A stretch of DNA of 64,000 nucleotides from an uncultured virus (IMG/VR IMGVR_UViG_3300032047_003368) (taxonomy: Duplodnaviria; Heunggongvirae; Uroviricota; Caudoviricetes), in IMG/VR virus record IMGVR_UViG_3300032047_003368; one strand, 5' to 3'. Shown one piece after another: positions 26,282 through 36,454 of this stretch; position 1 is the stretch's first letter; every line of letters starts with the position of its first letter. Under the pieces are notes generated by a model, which saw only the letters and a list, made by a program, of their open reading frames with translations, was not told the origin of the DNA and searched no databases. The position numbers and the translations under genes were made by a program.

Positions 26282-26320
26282 TATTATAATAAATATCAAC
26301 AATGGGAGTTTTTATAATAA

Positions 26321-27814
26321 TTACCTACGATCCATATAAAGTGTTATTTTATTCAAACTGAATTTATTATTTGTCATGAAATGTTTGTATTCTTTTCTTA
26401 TTTTATTGAGTGTTTCGGCAGAAGATGCATATGGTGAATTTTGACGATACCAATGATAAACATAAACTCCATCCATAATTGCAAAGGGTATTTTGTTTTT
26501 AAACAATCGTACTCGTAAATCATCATCAACTCCGGTGAATCCTGTTGTTTTGAAACCACCAATTTTTTTCCATATTTTCTTTTGTATCAAAATTACCACC
26601 CCACTGAATTTACATGGATGGTGAGTCCCATGTTCATCAATTAGTTGTCCTGTTGATACACTTCTAAAATATTTTTTTTGTAAATACTTTCCAATTTTTC
26701 TATGGTAATTTATATCGTTTGAGTCTATGTCAATATTTTTTACCATTTGCCAACGATACCCTACTCTATTTGCACGAACTCCGAACGCACCTACATTTTT
26801 ATGAATGCGAATAATTTTACTTATTTGTTGATACCAATCATCTGTTGTAAACATAGCATCATGGTCAAGAAAACACGCCCAATCATCATCGTATTTAAGT
26901 TGTTCCATAAACTTATTGTAAGCACATCCTAAATTATTGCTCTGTTCCTTTGAATTATATGGTATGTGCGTATAAATTACAGGATGAGTTGTTTTCTTTG
27001 TTCGTGTTACATCCCATTCACCACGCCACTCTTTAATGCCATTTTCAGATTTTTCGTCCTGCTCTAACTTTTCTGTTTTAATTACATCATCCAAATAGTC
27101 CACTTTTACGTGTTTTTTTATATTTTCATCTTTCCATATAAGATAGTTTAAAGTTAACTGATCTCGTCTAAAACGATTCCTACTAAAATCAAACCACTCT
27201 TCATTAAACACTCTTGATATGTGATTGTAGTTGAATCTCCAAATTATTTTATTTGTTTCTATAAGACCACTTTTTTTTGGGTAGTTCTCGTGTTTTAACT
27301 GAGTTTCCCATTTTTCAAGTTCATCAAAATTTTCTAATTTCGCAGTTTGATGGTTTTTAATATGAGTTATTTCATCATATAAATCGTGTTTCCGTACAAG
27401 ACCACCGTTAATTATATTTCCATCGGAATCAAAAGAATGCATAAAGCCAGTATGTTTTTTGAATACTGCATCAATTTCTTTTGGAATTTCAGAAATATAT
27501 TTTTTTAAAGACGTTTCAGTCTCACCTTTTTTCAATACATGATGAGCATCAACCCAAATTATCCAATCATAATCATATTTATTGAAATATTTCCAAAATA
27601 TCATTTTTACTTTTTTTGCAAGTATTCGGTTGCCAGTTGAAATTTTTGTATTTTCAACTAAATTTTCAAGATATACGACATTCCACATTTTAGATTTGAT
27701 GTTTTTGTTATCAGTAAAGTAAATATAGTCTATTCCATGCTCGTAATCATGAAATGAATCGTTAATTTTCTTGATATTATTACCAATATTTGCTGTATAA
27801 ACTGCTATTTTCAT
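26321..27814 (-). CDS. Two-domain glycosyltransferase (DUF616-like + GT-A 'WACFLDHD' domain)
   Basis: VYTANIG, YFTD, IWVDA, RDQL; C-terminal half paralogous to 27811 and 48026. Confidence 0.75.
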   Translation of the reverse strand: MKIAVYTANIGNNIKKINDSFHDYEHGIDYIYFTDNKNIKSKMWNVVYLENLVENTKISTGNRILAKKVKMIFWKYFNKYDYDWIIWVDAHHVLKKGETETSLKKYISEIPKEIDAVFKKHTGFMHSFDSDGNIINGGLVRKHDLYDEITHIKNHQTAKLENFDELEKWETQLKHENYPKKSGLIETNKIIWRFNYNHISRVFNEEWFDFSRNRFRRDQLTLNYLIWKDENIKKHVKVDYLDDVIKTEKLEQDEKSENGIKEWRGEWDVTRTKKTTHPVIYTHIPYNSKEQSNNLGCAYNKFMEQLKYDDDWACFLDHDAMFTTDDWYQQISKIIRIHKNVGAFGVRANRVGYRWQMVKNIDIDSNDINYHRKIGKYLQKKYFRSVSTGQLIDEHGTHHPCKFSGVVILIQKKIWKKIGGFKTTGFTGVDDDLRVRLFKNKIPFAIMDGVYVYHWYRQNSPYASSAETLNKIRKEYKHFMTNNKFSLNKITLYMDRR

Positions 27815-28467
27815 ATCGGTAATTCTCCGGCCGTTCCTTTATATAAAAATATTTTGTTTAAATCAAAGTTATCTTTGTTCTCTTGTTTATATTTTTTATC
27901 AATTGCTTCAAATTTTTTGCGACACCTTTCATAAGGATCATCTGCTTTATACCAATGATACACATACACCCCGTTCATTATATAAAATGGAATATTATGT
28001 TCCTCGAGACGATATCTTAAATCATTATCTACATGATTGAATCCCTCTGCTTTAAATCCTTTTATTTTTTTCCAAATAGATTTTTTTAACAATATCATTA
28101 CACCACTAAATCCTTTTTGTGCAGTATTTTCATCAATTACAAATAAATCATCATAATATTTTGTTTGCAAGTGTTCCCCAATCTTTCTGTGATATGCTAT
28201 ATCGTGATTATATACATCAATATTACCCACAAGTTGATAGGTACTATTTAATCTGTTTGTTCTTGCTCCAAACGCACCTACATCAGGATTTTTTTCTATG
28301 ATGTCATTTAGTTGGTGATACCAGTTTGATGTTGTAAACATTGCATCGTGGTCAAGAAAGCACGCCCAATCGTCATCGTTGGGCAAAAGTTCCATGAAAC
28401 TATCATAAGAGCAACCTAGATTTTTATTACACGACCCAAATGCGTAAGGTATATTTGAATAAATCAT
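27811..28467 (-). CDS. GT2-like glycosyltransferase ('WACFLDHD' family)
   Basis: DxD motif DHD, FSGV, GF..VD, GVYVYHWY. Confidence 0.75.
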   Translation of the reverse strand: MIYSNIPYAFGSCNKNLGCSYDSFMELLPNDDDWACFLDHDAMFTTSNWYHQLNDIIEKNPDVGAFGARTNRLNSTYQLVGNIDVYNHDIAYHRKIGEHLQTKYYDDLFVIDENTAQKGFSGVMILLKKSIWKKIKGFKAEGFNHVDNDLRYRLEEHNIPFYIMNGVYVYHWYKADDPYERCRKKFEAIDKKYKQENKDNFDLNKIFLYKGTAGELPI

Positions 28468-28519
28468 AAATTAAGTAAAATTGAAAATTGTATTATCCAT
28501 AAATATTAAAAATAAATGT

Positions 28520-30085
28520 TTACACCACACCCCAGTTATTAGTATCGTTTGCTCTATAAAATCTATTTAAAGAATTGTTTTTGCTTTTCACATAATTCTC
28601 AAAATTACTAGAATATCTAAACTGAGAAAACTGGTTTCCATTTTTAATTTTAACTATCGGTTTTTCATAGTTCTCAAACTTTTTGATTTCATCCGTGGGC
28701 AATGACTCTACATATTCGGTGGGAATGCCAATTCTCTTAACACCGATTATATTTAACCTATTTGCAAAATCAATATCCTCATATCCCCACCCATCGAATG
28801 ACTCATCATAACCACCAACTTCATAAAAATTATCTTTACTGCATATCACGCGACCACAACTGCCTTCGTTATTTTTCACATTTTCTACATTCGCATATAT
28901 GTTTTTACTTTGTACAAAGTTATGTGAAATAAATTCAAGAAATTTTTCTGTTATAATGTTATCTGCATCAAGCCAGCATAATATTTCTCCTGATGCGTTG
29001 CATCCCACGATATTTTTTGCAAGGGACATATTAAAATATTTATATTTTTTTGTTGATTTAAATTTAAAGTTACAATACTTTCCAAAATTATTGGATACAA
29101 CCCACGACTGAATATCATCTGTTGAATTATAGTCGAGTAAGACGAACTCAAAATTAAAATTTAATTTCTCACAACATAATTTTATATTATTCATATACGT
29201 CTTCTTTAAATCATCACACCGATTCATAGAAGATGTTAAAAACGATATTTTAATTTTTTTTCGTGGAATGTGCTTTGGGGAGACAAATAGACTTTTATTC
29301 CAATACTCAAAATATGAAGATTTTAAAAACTCGGTTAATTCATGGTCTACCATTGTATGCCAAGGTTTGATTCCATTCAACTCTATATCTGACCTTTCAC
29401 ATTGTTCATAAACTGATACTTTTTTATCAAATCCAATTGAGATGTGATTTTTTAGTGAAGGTGTGGCCGCAAATCCTACAAATTTATCAATTGCACATAC
29501 GATTGTATTTTTATTAGACCAATTCTGAGTTTTTACATCGTTCAAGAACAAACTATTACTTGCAAGAGGTGATTTCGTAAACCGACCAAAGGGGCCTGAC
29601 CTTACATGGCCATTCCAGTGATCACGTTGTTTGATAAACTCTATCAGTTTGGTTGCACCCCTATTAGTAATATAATATGATTCCAATCCATCAAAGTTCT
29701 TATGATAGTTTGTTTGGTGATGCCACCGTTTATTAAATTGAAAAAAATCAAAATGCACAGGAACGGTGTACTTTGATTTTAACAATGTGTATATATCATC
29801 CACAAATGCGTCATCTTCGAATATCATAGCAGACGGAATATTTTCATCTACGATCCGTTTCCACAACAGATAGTGACTACAAAATGCTCCGACCGCACCT
29901 GTTGTTTGCGAAAAGTATAACTTGTCGGCCAGACCCACAGGTGATAATTTTAAACCAAACTTCTCGCATACTCTATAATCTTCACGTGAATCTATTGCAG
30001 AAAATCTTTCAATTCCACATTTCAAATCATAAAATTTTTCGTATCTATGTATTTTATCATCTAAATTTATAACATATAAATTCAC
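28520..30085 (-). CDS. GT25 + GT2/GT7-like fusion glycosyltransferase
   Basis: YVINL, RFSAID, SH, FEDD; LDAD, GGYDESFDGWGYEDID. Confidence 0.85.
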   Translation of the reverse strand: MNLYVINLDDKIHRYEKFYDLKCGIERFSAIDSREDYRVCEKFGLKLSPVGLADKLYFSQTTGAVGAFCSHYLLWKRIVDENIPSAMIFEDDAFVDDIYTLLKSKYTVPVHFDFFQFNKRWHHQTNYHKNFDGLESYYITNRGATKLIEFIKQRDHWNGHVRSGPFGRFTKSPLASNSLFLNDVKTQNWSNKNTIVCAIDKFVGFAATPSLKNHISIGFDKKVSVYEQCERSDIELNGIKPWHTMVDHELTEFLKSSYFEYWNKSLFVSPKHIPRKKIKISFLTSSMNRCDDLKKTYMNNIKLCCEKLNFNFEFVLLDYNSTDDIQSWVVSNNFGKYCNFKFKSTKKYKYFNMSLAKNIVGCNASGEILCWLDADNIITEKFLEFISHNFVQSKNIYANVENVKNNEGSCGRVICSKDNFYEVGGYDESFDGWGYEDIDFANRLNIIGVKRIGIPTEYVESLPTDEIKKFENYEKPIVKIKNGNQFSQFRYSSNFENYVKSKNNSLNRFYRANDTNNWGVV

Positions 30086-30673
30086 TTAATTAGTCTCGTT
30101 TTCAATTGGAAATTTTTCATCTGGAATATCAACTCCAAGAAACTGACACAGTGGTGACCAACCTTCTGATATTTCCATGACCAGCAAATCGTCGGGTCTG
30201 TTTGAAAAGTAGTTTTTAATAGTTTCATACTTTTTATTTTTAAAATCTACCATTTTCTGCCTAAACTTTGCTGGGGTTTTCCATCCTGTCTTCCAAAAAA
30301 TTGAAGAATCTTTGTTTAAGTCCTGCTTGGCATATATTTTTTTGGCATTTTCGTATTTCAAATTAGTGTGATATTCTAAGCTTGTCACCCAAGAATTATC
30401 TGCACGTTCCAATAAAATAAATTTACTTGCAGGGTACTGTTTATCGAGTTTTTTAAAGTCACAGTCATGCCAAGGTCCATCTTCAAACGCATCATATTTA
30501 TCAATTACTTCAAATAGTACATCGTAATTGTTGTTCGTCTCTTTAAATTTTCGAGCAGTTTCGGCAGACCATCCTTTTTTTCTAAATCCAAGTATTTCAA
30601 ACGCACGACCCAATGAAGTAGTCCCAGTCTTCATAACCCCAACCTCAAAAATTTTATTAATTTTGTTTTTCAT
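30086..30673 (-). CDS. Sulfotransferase (Sulfotransfer_4-like)
   Basis: GVMKTGTTSL PAPS loop, KFILLER...WVTS, GWSPLCQFLG, FP..N. Confidence 0.88.
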   Translation of the reverse strand: MKNKINKIFEVGVMKTGTTSLGRAFEILGFRKKGWSAETARKFKETNNNYDVLFEVIDKYDAFEDGPWHDCDFKKLDKQYPASKFILLERADNSWVTSLEYHTNLKYENAKKIYAKQDLNKDSSIFWKTGWKTPAKFRQKMVDFKNKKYETIKNYFSNRPDDLLVMEISEGWSPLCQFLGVDIPDEKFPIENETN

Positions 30674-31626
30674 TTTTTAAAATCATTTAGAAGCCAAAAT
30701 GATAACATCTTTACCAATTTAAGCAATTCACAAAACTCTACCGAATTGGATGTATCACTAAACAACGAGTCAATGTTATCTTTGATATAATCATATCCTT
30801 TTTTATTGTTAGACCAAGTACCTGGATTTTCTAAATAGGTGGTATTTGTCATTACATCCGACACAGCTTGCCAGGCAACTCTACGAATAAACCAGTTTTT
30901 ATTACTTCGTGAAACTGGAACTATATGCTCGACCTCAACATGAGGTGAATATAATATTTTTTCAGTATGCTTCATTTGATATATCAGATTCATTTCTTCT
31001 GCACCCATCAAACTCCGAGTTCCACCCTTTCTTCCAAGCTCTGTTGAAAAGTTTCCATATTTTATTAAAACTGATTTTCTAAAACAAATGTTTGCTCCAA
31101 CCAACCACATTCCATCAATTTCACCGAACCATTTTTCTTCATCTCCAAAATCAAGCATAGAAAGAAAATGAAGTGCAGTGTCACACATCCAATTAGGTCG
31201 GTTAGTTTCACTCCAGTTTGGTACGACACGACCACCCAATACGGCAAGGTTTTCGTGTCTGTCAAAGCATTTTATAGTATTTTCAACGAAATTAAAATTG
31301 ACTAGCACATCGTCATCAACGAAGTGGATTAACTTAGAATTGCTCTGAGAAATGCACTCGTTTCTTGCACCCGACAAACCATCTGTTTGTTTAACAATAT
31401 ATTTAAAATTTTTATGCTTGTCTGCAAATTTCTTACATATATCAAATCTACAACCCGAATTGGTAGTTCCGTTGTCAACTATAATCACATCGTATACATC
31501 GGCCTCAATTGATTGGTTGGCCAGTCTCTGCATACAATTAAATAATCTTACGTGATTATTATATGTACAAATGCAAACAGTAATATCTTTCTGTAATAAG
31601 TTATCAGTTTCTATATCATCTCCCAC
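30670..31626 (-). CDS. GT2 glycosyltransferase
   Basis: VCICTYN, IVDN, GLSGARN, FVDDD, GANICFR. Confidence 0.92.
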   Translation of the reverse strand: MGDDIETDNLLQKDITVCICTYNNHVRLFNCMQRLANQSIEADVYDVIIVDNGTTNSGCRFDICKKFADKHKNFKYIVKQTDGLSGARNECISQSNSKLIHFVDDDVLVNFNFVENTIKCFDRHENLAVLGGRVVPNWSETNRPNWMCDTALHFLSMLDFGDEEKWFGEIDGMWLVGANICFRKSVLIKYGNFSTELGRKGGTRSLMGAEEMNLIYQMKHTEKILYSPHVEVEHIVPVSRSNKNWFIRRVAWQAVSDVMTNTTYLENPGTWSNNKKGYDYIKDNIDSLFSDTSNSVEFCELLKLVKMLSFWLLNDFKK

Positions 31627-31665
31627 TTATTATAAGTATTTGGGAAACAGACTTTTGATGATTAT

Positions 31666-32112
31666 TTACATCGTAACTTCCCAAGAATCATCTGTTGATC
31701 CCCAGTCACGATATTTTTCATCACCACCTCTTGCTGACCAATCACTATCAATAACCAAACGACTACTGATACCACCTCTTGGATTGCTTTTCAAAACTAA
31801 ACGCAAACGATCCGGATCATACACTTCCATTAAATGATCATACACAACATTAATAAGTCGTTCATATGATACCACGATGTTTCGCAACTGATATGTGTAT
31901 TGCTTTAAACTTTTAAGTTCAATAATTTTCTTGGTTGGATAAATTGTGATGTAAAGCACACCGAAATCTGGTTGTTCGTTCACTCCAAGAAATGTAAACT
32001 CAGGAACTTTTACTTTTATTTCGTAAGGTTCTTTACTTGGATTTGGAATTGTTTTTAATATGCTTGAATCAATCGCATCGTATAATAATACTTTTTCTTT
32101 TTCGTTTGCCAT
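31666..32112 (-). CDS. queF: QueF-like T-fold protein (catalytic Cys absent)
   Basis: PEFT...QPDF, IELKSLK, SYE, PRGGI. Confidence 0.75.
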   Translation of the reverse strand: MANEKEKVLLYDAIDSSILKTIPNPSKEPYEIKVKVPEFTFLGVNEQPDFGVLYITIYPTKKIIELKSLKQYTYQLRNIVVSYERLINVVYDHLMEVYDPDRLRLVLKSNPRGGISSRLVIDSDWSARGGDEKYRDWGSTDDSWEVTM

Positions 32113-32113
32113 T

Positions 32114-33268
32114 TTATTTAAGTTCCGTAAAAATTTGTTTTTTGTCTTCGTTTATATTTTCCCACGAAACATCGTTACGACCAAAGTGTCCGTGATAAGA
32201 AGTTTTGCGATAAATAGGTTTTCTGAGATCAAGGTAGTTGATGATTCCGTCTGGTGTTAAATCAAAGTTTTCCAAAACTGCATTTTCAATGTTGGTCTCG
32301 GCGACTTTGTTTGTTTGGAATGTATCAATCCGAACACTCACAGGTTTCGCAACTCCGATTGCATACGCAAGTTGAACTTCGCATTTATCTGCTATCCCAC
32401 TTGCTACAATTGTTTTAGCAACGTGTCGTGCCATGTAAGCCGCACTTCTATCTACTTTGGTAGGGTCTTTGCCACTAAATGCTCCTCCTCCGTGTCTTGC
32501 CATTCCTCCGTAAGTATCAACGATGATTTTACGACCAGTAAGACCTGTATCTCCGTGTGGTCCACCGATAATGAATTGACCCGTTGGATTGATGTGAAAC
32601 TTGGTATCTATTAAATACTTTTCATTTACAACTTCACGAATAAGTTCTTCGATATCTGCTTTGATTGTTTCTTGAGTTACGTCTTCGTCATGCTGAGTTG
32701 ATAACACAATTGTATCTACACGGATAGGTTTATCGTTTTCATCGTATTCCACCGTAACTTGTGCTTTTGCATCAGGACGAAGATAATCAAGTTCTCTGTT
32801 GTGTCTTGCTGATTCTACACGTTTAATAATTTGATGCGACAACATAATAGGCAATGGCATCAATTCAGGTGTTTCGTTGCAAGCATATCCAAACATAAGT
32901 CCTTGGTCACCTGCTCCTGCTTCTTTATGCTCACCTTCATTTTCATTAACCCCCATAGCAATATCAGCACTTTGACGATCAACAGTAAACAACACCGAAC
33001 ATCCACTTGCACTTATTCCGTATTTTTCGTTGATGTATCCAATGTCTGATAAAACTTCACGTGCTACTTCTTGAAAGTTTACCCAACCCTCTGCGGTAAT
33101 TTCTCCTCCAACAACAACCAATCCGGTTGTCGCAAATGTTTCACACGCAACCCTTGCATTGGGGTCTTGTGTTAAAAATGCATCAAGAACTGCATCTGAG
33201 ATTTGATCACATACTTTATCAGGATGACCACTTGACACACTTTCTGATGTAAATAGTTTTTTATTCAT
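32114..33268 (-). CDS. metK: S-adenosylmethionine synthetase
   Basis: [40 protein letters not shown]. Confidence 0.98.
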   Translation of the reverse strand: MNKKLFTSESVSSGHPDKVCDQISDAVLDAFLTQDPNARVACETFATTGLVVVGGEITAEGWVNFQEVAREVLSDIGYINEKYGISASGCSVLFTVDRQSADIAMGVNENEGEHKEAGAGDQGLMFGYACNETPELMPLPIMLSHQIIKRVESARHNRELDYLRPDAKAQVTVEYDENDKPIRVDTIVLSTQHDEDVTQETIKADIEELIREVVNEKYLIDTKFHINPTGQFIIGGPHGDTGLTGRKIIVDTYGGMARHGGGAFSGKDPTKVDRSAAYMARHVAKTIVASGIADKCEVQLAYAIGVAKPVSVRIDTFQTNKVAETNIENAVLENFDLTPDGIINYLDLRKPIYRKTSYHGHFGRNDVSWENINEDKKQIFTELK

Positions 33269-33275
33269 TGTGAAT

Positions 33276-33304
33276 AATATACAATATTCAAATCAAATAG
33301 TCAA
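33276..33304 (-). promoter_or_regulatory. sigma70 promoter; metK transcript probably leaderless
   Basis: TTGACT-17 nt-TATATT, 7 nt before the ATG. Confidence 0.65.
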
Positions 33305-33308
33305 GATT

Positions 33309-34073
33309 CTAAAAATGCAATTTATAGTGTTTTGTTAATTGTTCAATCAAAAAAGTTTTAGCAGTTTCTACATCATCTACAATTTTGAATAAATTTAAGT
33401 CTTTTTTGCTGATTGTTCCTGCTTCAATAAACTTGTCCCAACCGACTACATTTTCCCAAAAGTCTTTTCCGTATAATATCGTTGGAACAGGTTTCTCAAT
33501 TTTCTGACATTGAATTAAAGTTAATGCTTCAAACAATTCGTCCATTGTACCGAACCCACCTGGAAACACAACCAATGCTTTTGCTTGATAAAGAAACCAA
33601 TATTTGCGTGTAAAGAAATAGTGATAAACGAAATCCATCTCAGGTGTTACATACTCATTGTTGGTTTGTTCAAATGGTAACTTGATACCAAGACCCACTG
33701 ATTTTCCTCCGGCATCGTGTGCGCCTTTGTTGGCTGCTTCCATGATTCCTGGTCCAGCACCACTGCTGATATAAAACTTGTTTTTGCGTTCTGTAAAGTT
33801 TTTCTCCGACCACTCGGTTAATTGCTTGCTGAGTTGATATGCTTCGGTATAATATCGGTCATATCCGTTTTTCTTAAATTGCTCGGATTCTTCGTTGATT
33901 CTTGCACTTCCTTGAAAAACAATTGTGTGTCTAATGCCAGTTTTTTTCATTCTAGCCTCTGTTTCCATCAATTCCGCAAGAACTCTCAACCATCGTGCTT
34001 CACGACTATTCATGAACGTCATGTTTTCGTGTGCTTCTTTGGTGCTTTTTCGTTTCTTTGGATTATACTTCAT
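33309..34073 (-). CDS. LOG-family nucleotide monophosphate nucleosidase
   Basis: GSAR, GPGIMEAANKGA, LPFEQ, YFFTRK, PGGFGTMDE. Confidence 0.92.
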   Translation of the reverse strand: MKYNPKKRKSTKEAHENMTFMNSREARWLRVLAELMETEARMKKTGIRHTIVFQGSARINEESEQFKKNGYDRYYTEAYQLSKQLTEWSEKNFTERKNKFYISSGAGPGIMEAANKGAHDAGGKSVGLGIKLPFEQTNNEYVTPEMDFVYHYFFTRKYWFLYQAKALVVFPGGFGTMDELFEALTLIQCQKIEKPVPTILYGKDFWENVVGWDKFIEAGTISKKDLNLFKIVDDVETAKTFLIEQLTKHYKLHF

Positions 34074-34074
34074 A

Positions 34075-35406
34075 TTAATATTTTCTACAATTTAATTTTG
34101 TTTCCACAGACACAGGATGCATATATCGTGAAGACCGTCCACGCGAGTCTGTAAAAAATGAATTGTTTTTTATATCTACATTTTGTGTTATGTGTTCTAC
34201 AAATTCAATTTTATCAGATATAATTTTTAGTTTTGAAAATCGTGCTTTATTTAAAAACCTCGGGGGTGCAGATGGAATTCCCATTTTGCTCTCAATAGTT
34301 TCAAGTTTACCTTCTATTATTGATGATGTGTAATGTTCGTTTGGTCCGGGACGATCATGTACAGGATGACCTATGCCCGTTTGGTATAAAGTGGCCACTA
34401 CTCCAGGTTTTTCTGATATATCAAATCCTACGGGTGCAGGTTGGCATCCTCTATTCACCAACTTTTCGTAGTCTGCTATAAATTTTCCTGTTTTCGTATT
34501 TGCATCAACACTTCCAAGTTGCCAGTGTTCGATAACCTTCCGTAAAAATCCAGCAGTTATTTTCGGACTACTATTTTTTTTGTTAGCTTCAATAAAAAGT
34601 TTTTTACGTTGTTCTAATATGGTGGTGTTTCCGTGGAATCCACGTACAGATGGGTAGTGTCCGGTTTTAATCATGTCGGCCAGTGTATTAAGCATAACTT
34701 GACTATATCCATACGAATCGTTGGGGTCTATAAATTTGTCGTCCCAATACGACAATTTAGTTTGTGCGGTATCGAAAAAATCCCACAAGTTCAGTTCGGT
34801 CAAGATTACAAGAGCAATCGTGGATGGACTCAATAGATATTTTTTATCTGAATAATTATTATAAGTTTTATATCCTTCGTCTAGTATCATTTGTCGTAAC
34901 TTGAATACCTCTTGCTCGTCGTCCGAAAACCCACTCCTATTTGGTTTTTTTTCCAAATCATCATCAAAATAAAAATGAACAAGACCGTCATCTTCCGTTT
35001 CTACCTTATATACGAAATATTTTTGATTTTTGAATTCAGGTTTTGAACAACCACATTCATTTTTTACAACCTTACAATGAACCTTTGAAACTGTACCCGT
35101 GTAGATTTCGTTACGACGAATCGTCTGTATCATCTCATACTCAGCCTCAGTTAATTTAATCATTTTATAGAACCGTCCCAATCCAATCACCTCACCCTCG
35201 AATCTGATCCACTTAGGGGGATTGCTACCGTAAAGACCAACCTCGGTTGTCCACGATAAATTCTTAGCAACGCACTTCTTACAACCACGTGGTTGTGCAA
35301 TAGGTGCAGGAAAACTTAATTCTCCCGTAGACTCATATGCAGGTAGGTCTTTTAAATCACCCACATTATAATATATTCCCAGTTTAAATTCAGCATTACA
35401 ACTCAT
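34075..35406 (-). CDS. Hypothetical protein, Cys-rich N-terminus, possible lysozyme-like core
   Basis: 443-aa ORF; IALVILTE...SYGYSQV spacing only weakly suggestive. Confidence 0.6.
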   Translation of the reverse strand: MSCNAEFKLGIYYNVGDLKDLPAYESTGELSFPAPIAQPRGCKKCVAKNLSWTTEVGLYGSNPPKWIRFEGEVIGLGRFYKMIKLTEAEYEMIQTIRRNEIYTGTVSKVHCKVVKNECGCSKPEFKNQKYFVYKVETEDDGLVHFYFDDDLEKKPNRSGFSDDEQEVFKLRQMILDEGYKTYNNYSDKKYLLSPSTIALVILTELNLWDFFDTAQTKLSYWDDKFIDPNDSYGYSQVMLNTLADMIKTGHYPSVRGFHGNTTILEQRKKLFIEANKKNSSPKITAGFLRKVIEHWQLGSVDANTKTGKFIADYEKLVNRGCQPAPVGFDISEKPGVVATLYQTGIGHPVHDRPGPNEHYTSSIIEGKLETIESKMGIPSAPPRFLNKARFSKLKIISDKIEFVEHITQNVDIKNNSFFTDSRGRSSRYMHPVSVETKLNCRKY

Positions 35407-35427
35407 ATTTTATCTCCACAATTTTAC

Positions 35428-35988
35428 TTACTCAGAAACTTCCTGTACCGCAGCTTTGACGTGCTTCATGCACTTTTCAAGTGCAGATTCTCCATATTTT
35501 TTCCACACCACAAAGCAATCAGCAAGTTCTTTTAACTGAGGGTCGTATTCTCGTTCATATTCATTGGCAGGTTTATTCCCAACCATAGTCAAATGCACCA
35601 CCTTTCCACCAATTTTGTGAATATATTCAATCTCATTTGGAAAACGGATGTCGGTAACAATTGAAACAATATTATTTTTTTGATTTTCAACGATAATCTC
35701 TTCTACCTTTTTAACCCAGTGCAAATCATCTTGCTTACGCATAACTTCAGTTCCCCATGTGGTGAGCATCGGACGAATGATTTCTTTTTCTGAAGTTACT
35801 TCGGTGAATGCCGAGATGCCCAACTTCTCAATTAAAAAATCATCAATATCTTTTTTAAGTTCGTCTGCAAACGCAAGTCTCTGAGAGGTATGTCCTTTAT
35901 TTTTTAAGTAATCTCTTGCGTATTTGCAAAAGGTATCTTTTCCGCAACGGGCAAGGCCCGTCAAACCAATTATCATAGGAACATTCAT
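35428..35988 (-). CDS. Deoxynucleoside monophosphate kinase (T4 gp1-like)
   Basis: IIGLTGLARCGKDT, AFADELK, WGTEVMR, TDIRFPNE. Confidence 0.9.
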   Translation of the reverse strand: MNVPMIIGLTGLARCGKDTFCKYARDYLKNKGHTSQRLAFADELKKDIDDFLIEKLGISAFTEVTSEKEIIRPMLTTWGTEVMRKQDDLHWVKKVEEIIVENQKNNIVSIVTDIRFPNEIEYIHKIGGKVVHLTMVGNKPANEYEREYDPQLKELADCFVVWKKYGESALEKCMKHVKAAVQEVSE

Positions 35989-36023
35989 TACATAATATAA
36001 GTATTATAAAAACTAAATATTAC

Positions 36024-36443
36024 TCAAAAGAAATCTTTGTATTTTGGTACGTCCACATTAATATCATCAAAAGTTTCATCTGTGTCGTAGTCTCCATCCC
36101 CCGTGACTGAGTTTGCTTTGGTTAACGAGTCCACAACATCTATATCAACTTGTCGTTTCCATTCCGGTGGAACTTTAAGTTTTTCTTGAGCAGAAACACG
36201 ATAAATACCAGGATCAAGATTAAATGCAGTTAGTTCATCAAACTTACCACCCCATATATCATCTGCTTGTGGAAATTGGGTTTGAGTATATCCCCCGGTT
36301 GTAAACCACGCATCTGATCTTCCACGAAGTTCCGAACCAAGTTTTCTTATTTTACCTCCTGCCAAAAAATTACCAAAATCTGGTTCAGAATCAGTTGCAG
36401 TCGAGATACCCGCAGAAGTTACTTCATTTATGAGTTTGGCCAC
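36024..36443 (-). CDS. Hypothetical protein
   Basis: 139-aa ORF, GTG start. Confidence 0.7.
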   Translation of the reverse strand: MAKLINEVTSAGISTATDSEPDFGNFLAGGKIRKLGSELRGRSDAWFTTGGYTQTQFPQADDIWGGKFDELTAFNLDPGIYRVSAQEKLKVPPEWKRQVDIDVVDSLTKANSVTGDGDYDTDETFDDINVDVPKYKDFF

Positions 36444-36454
36444 ATAAATATATA

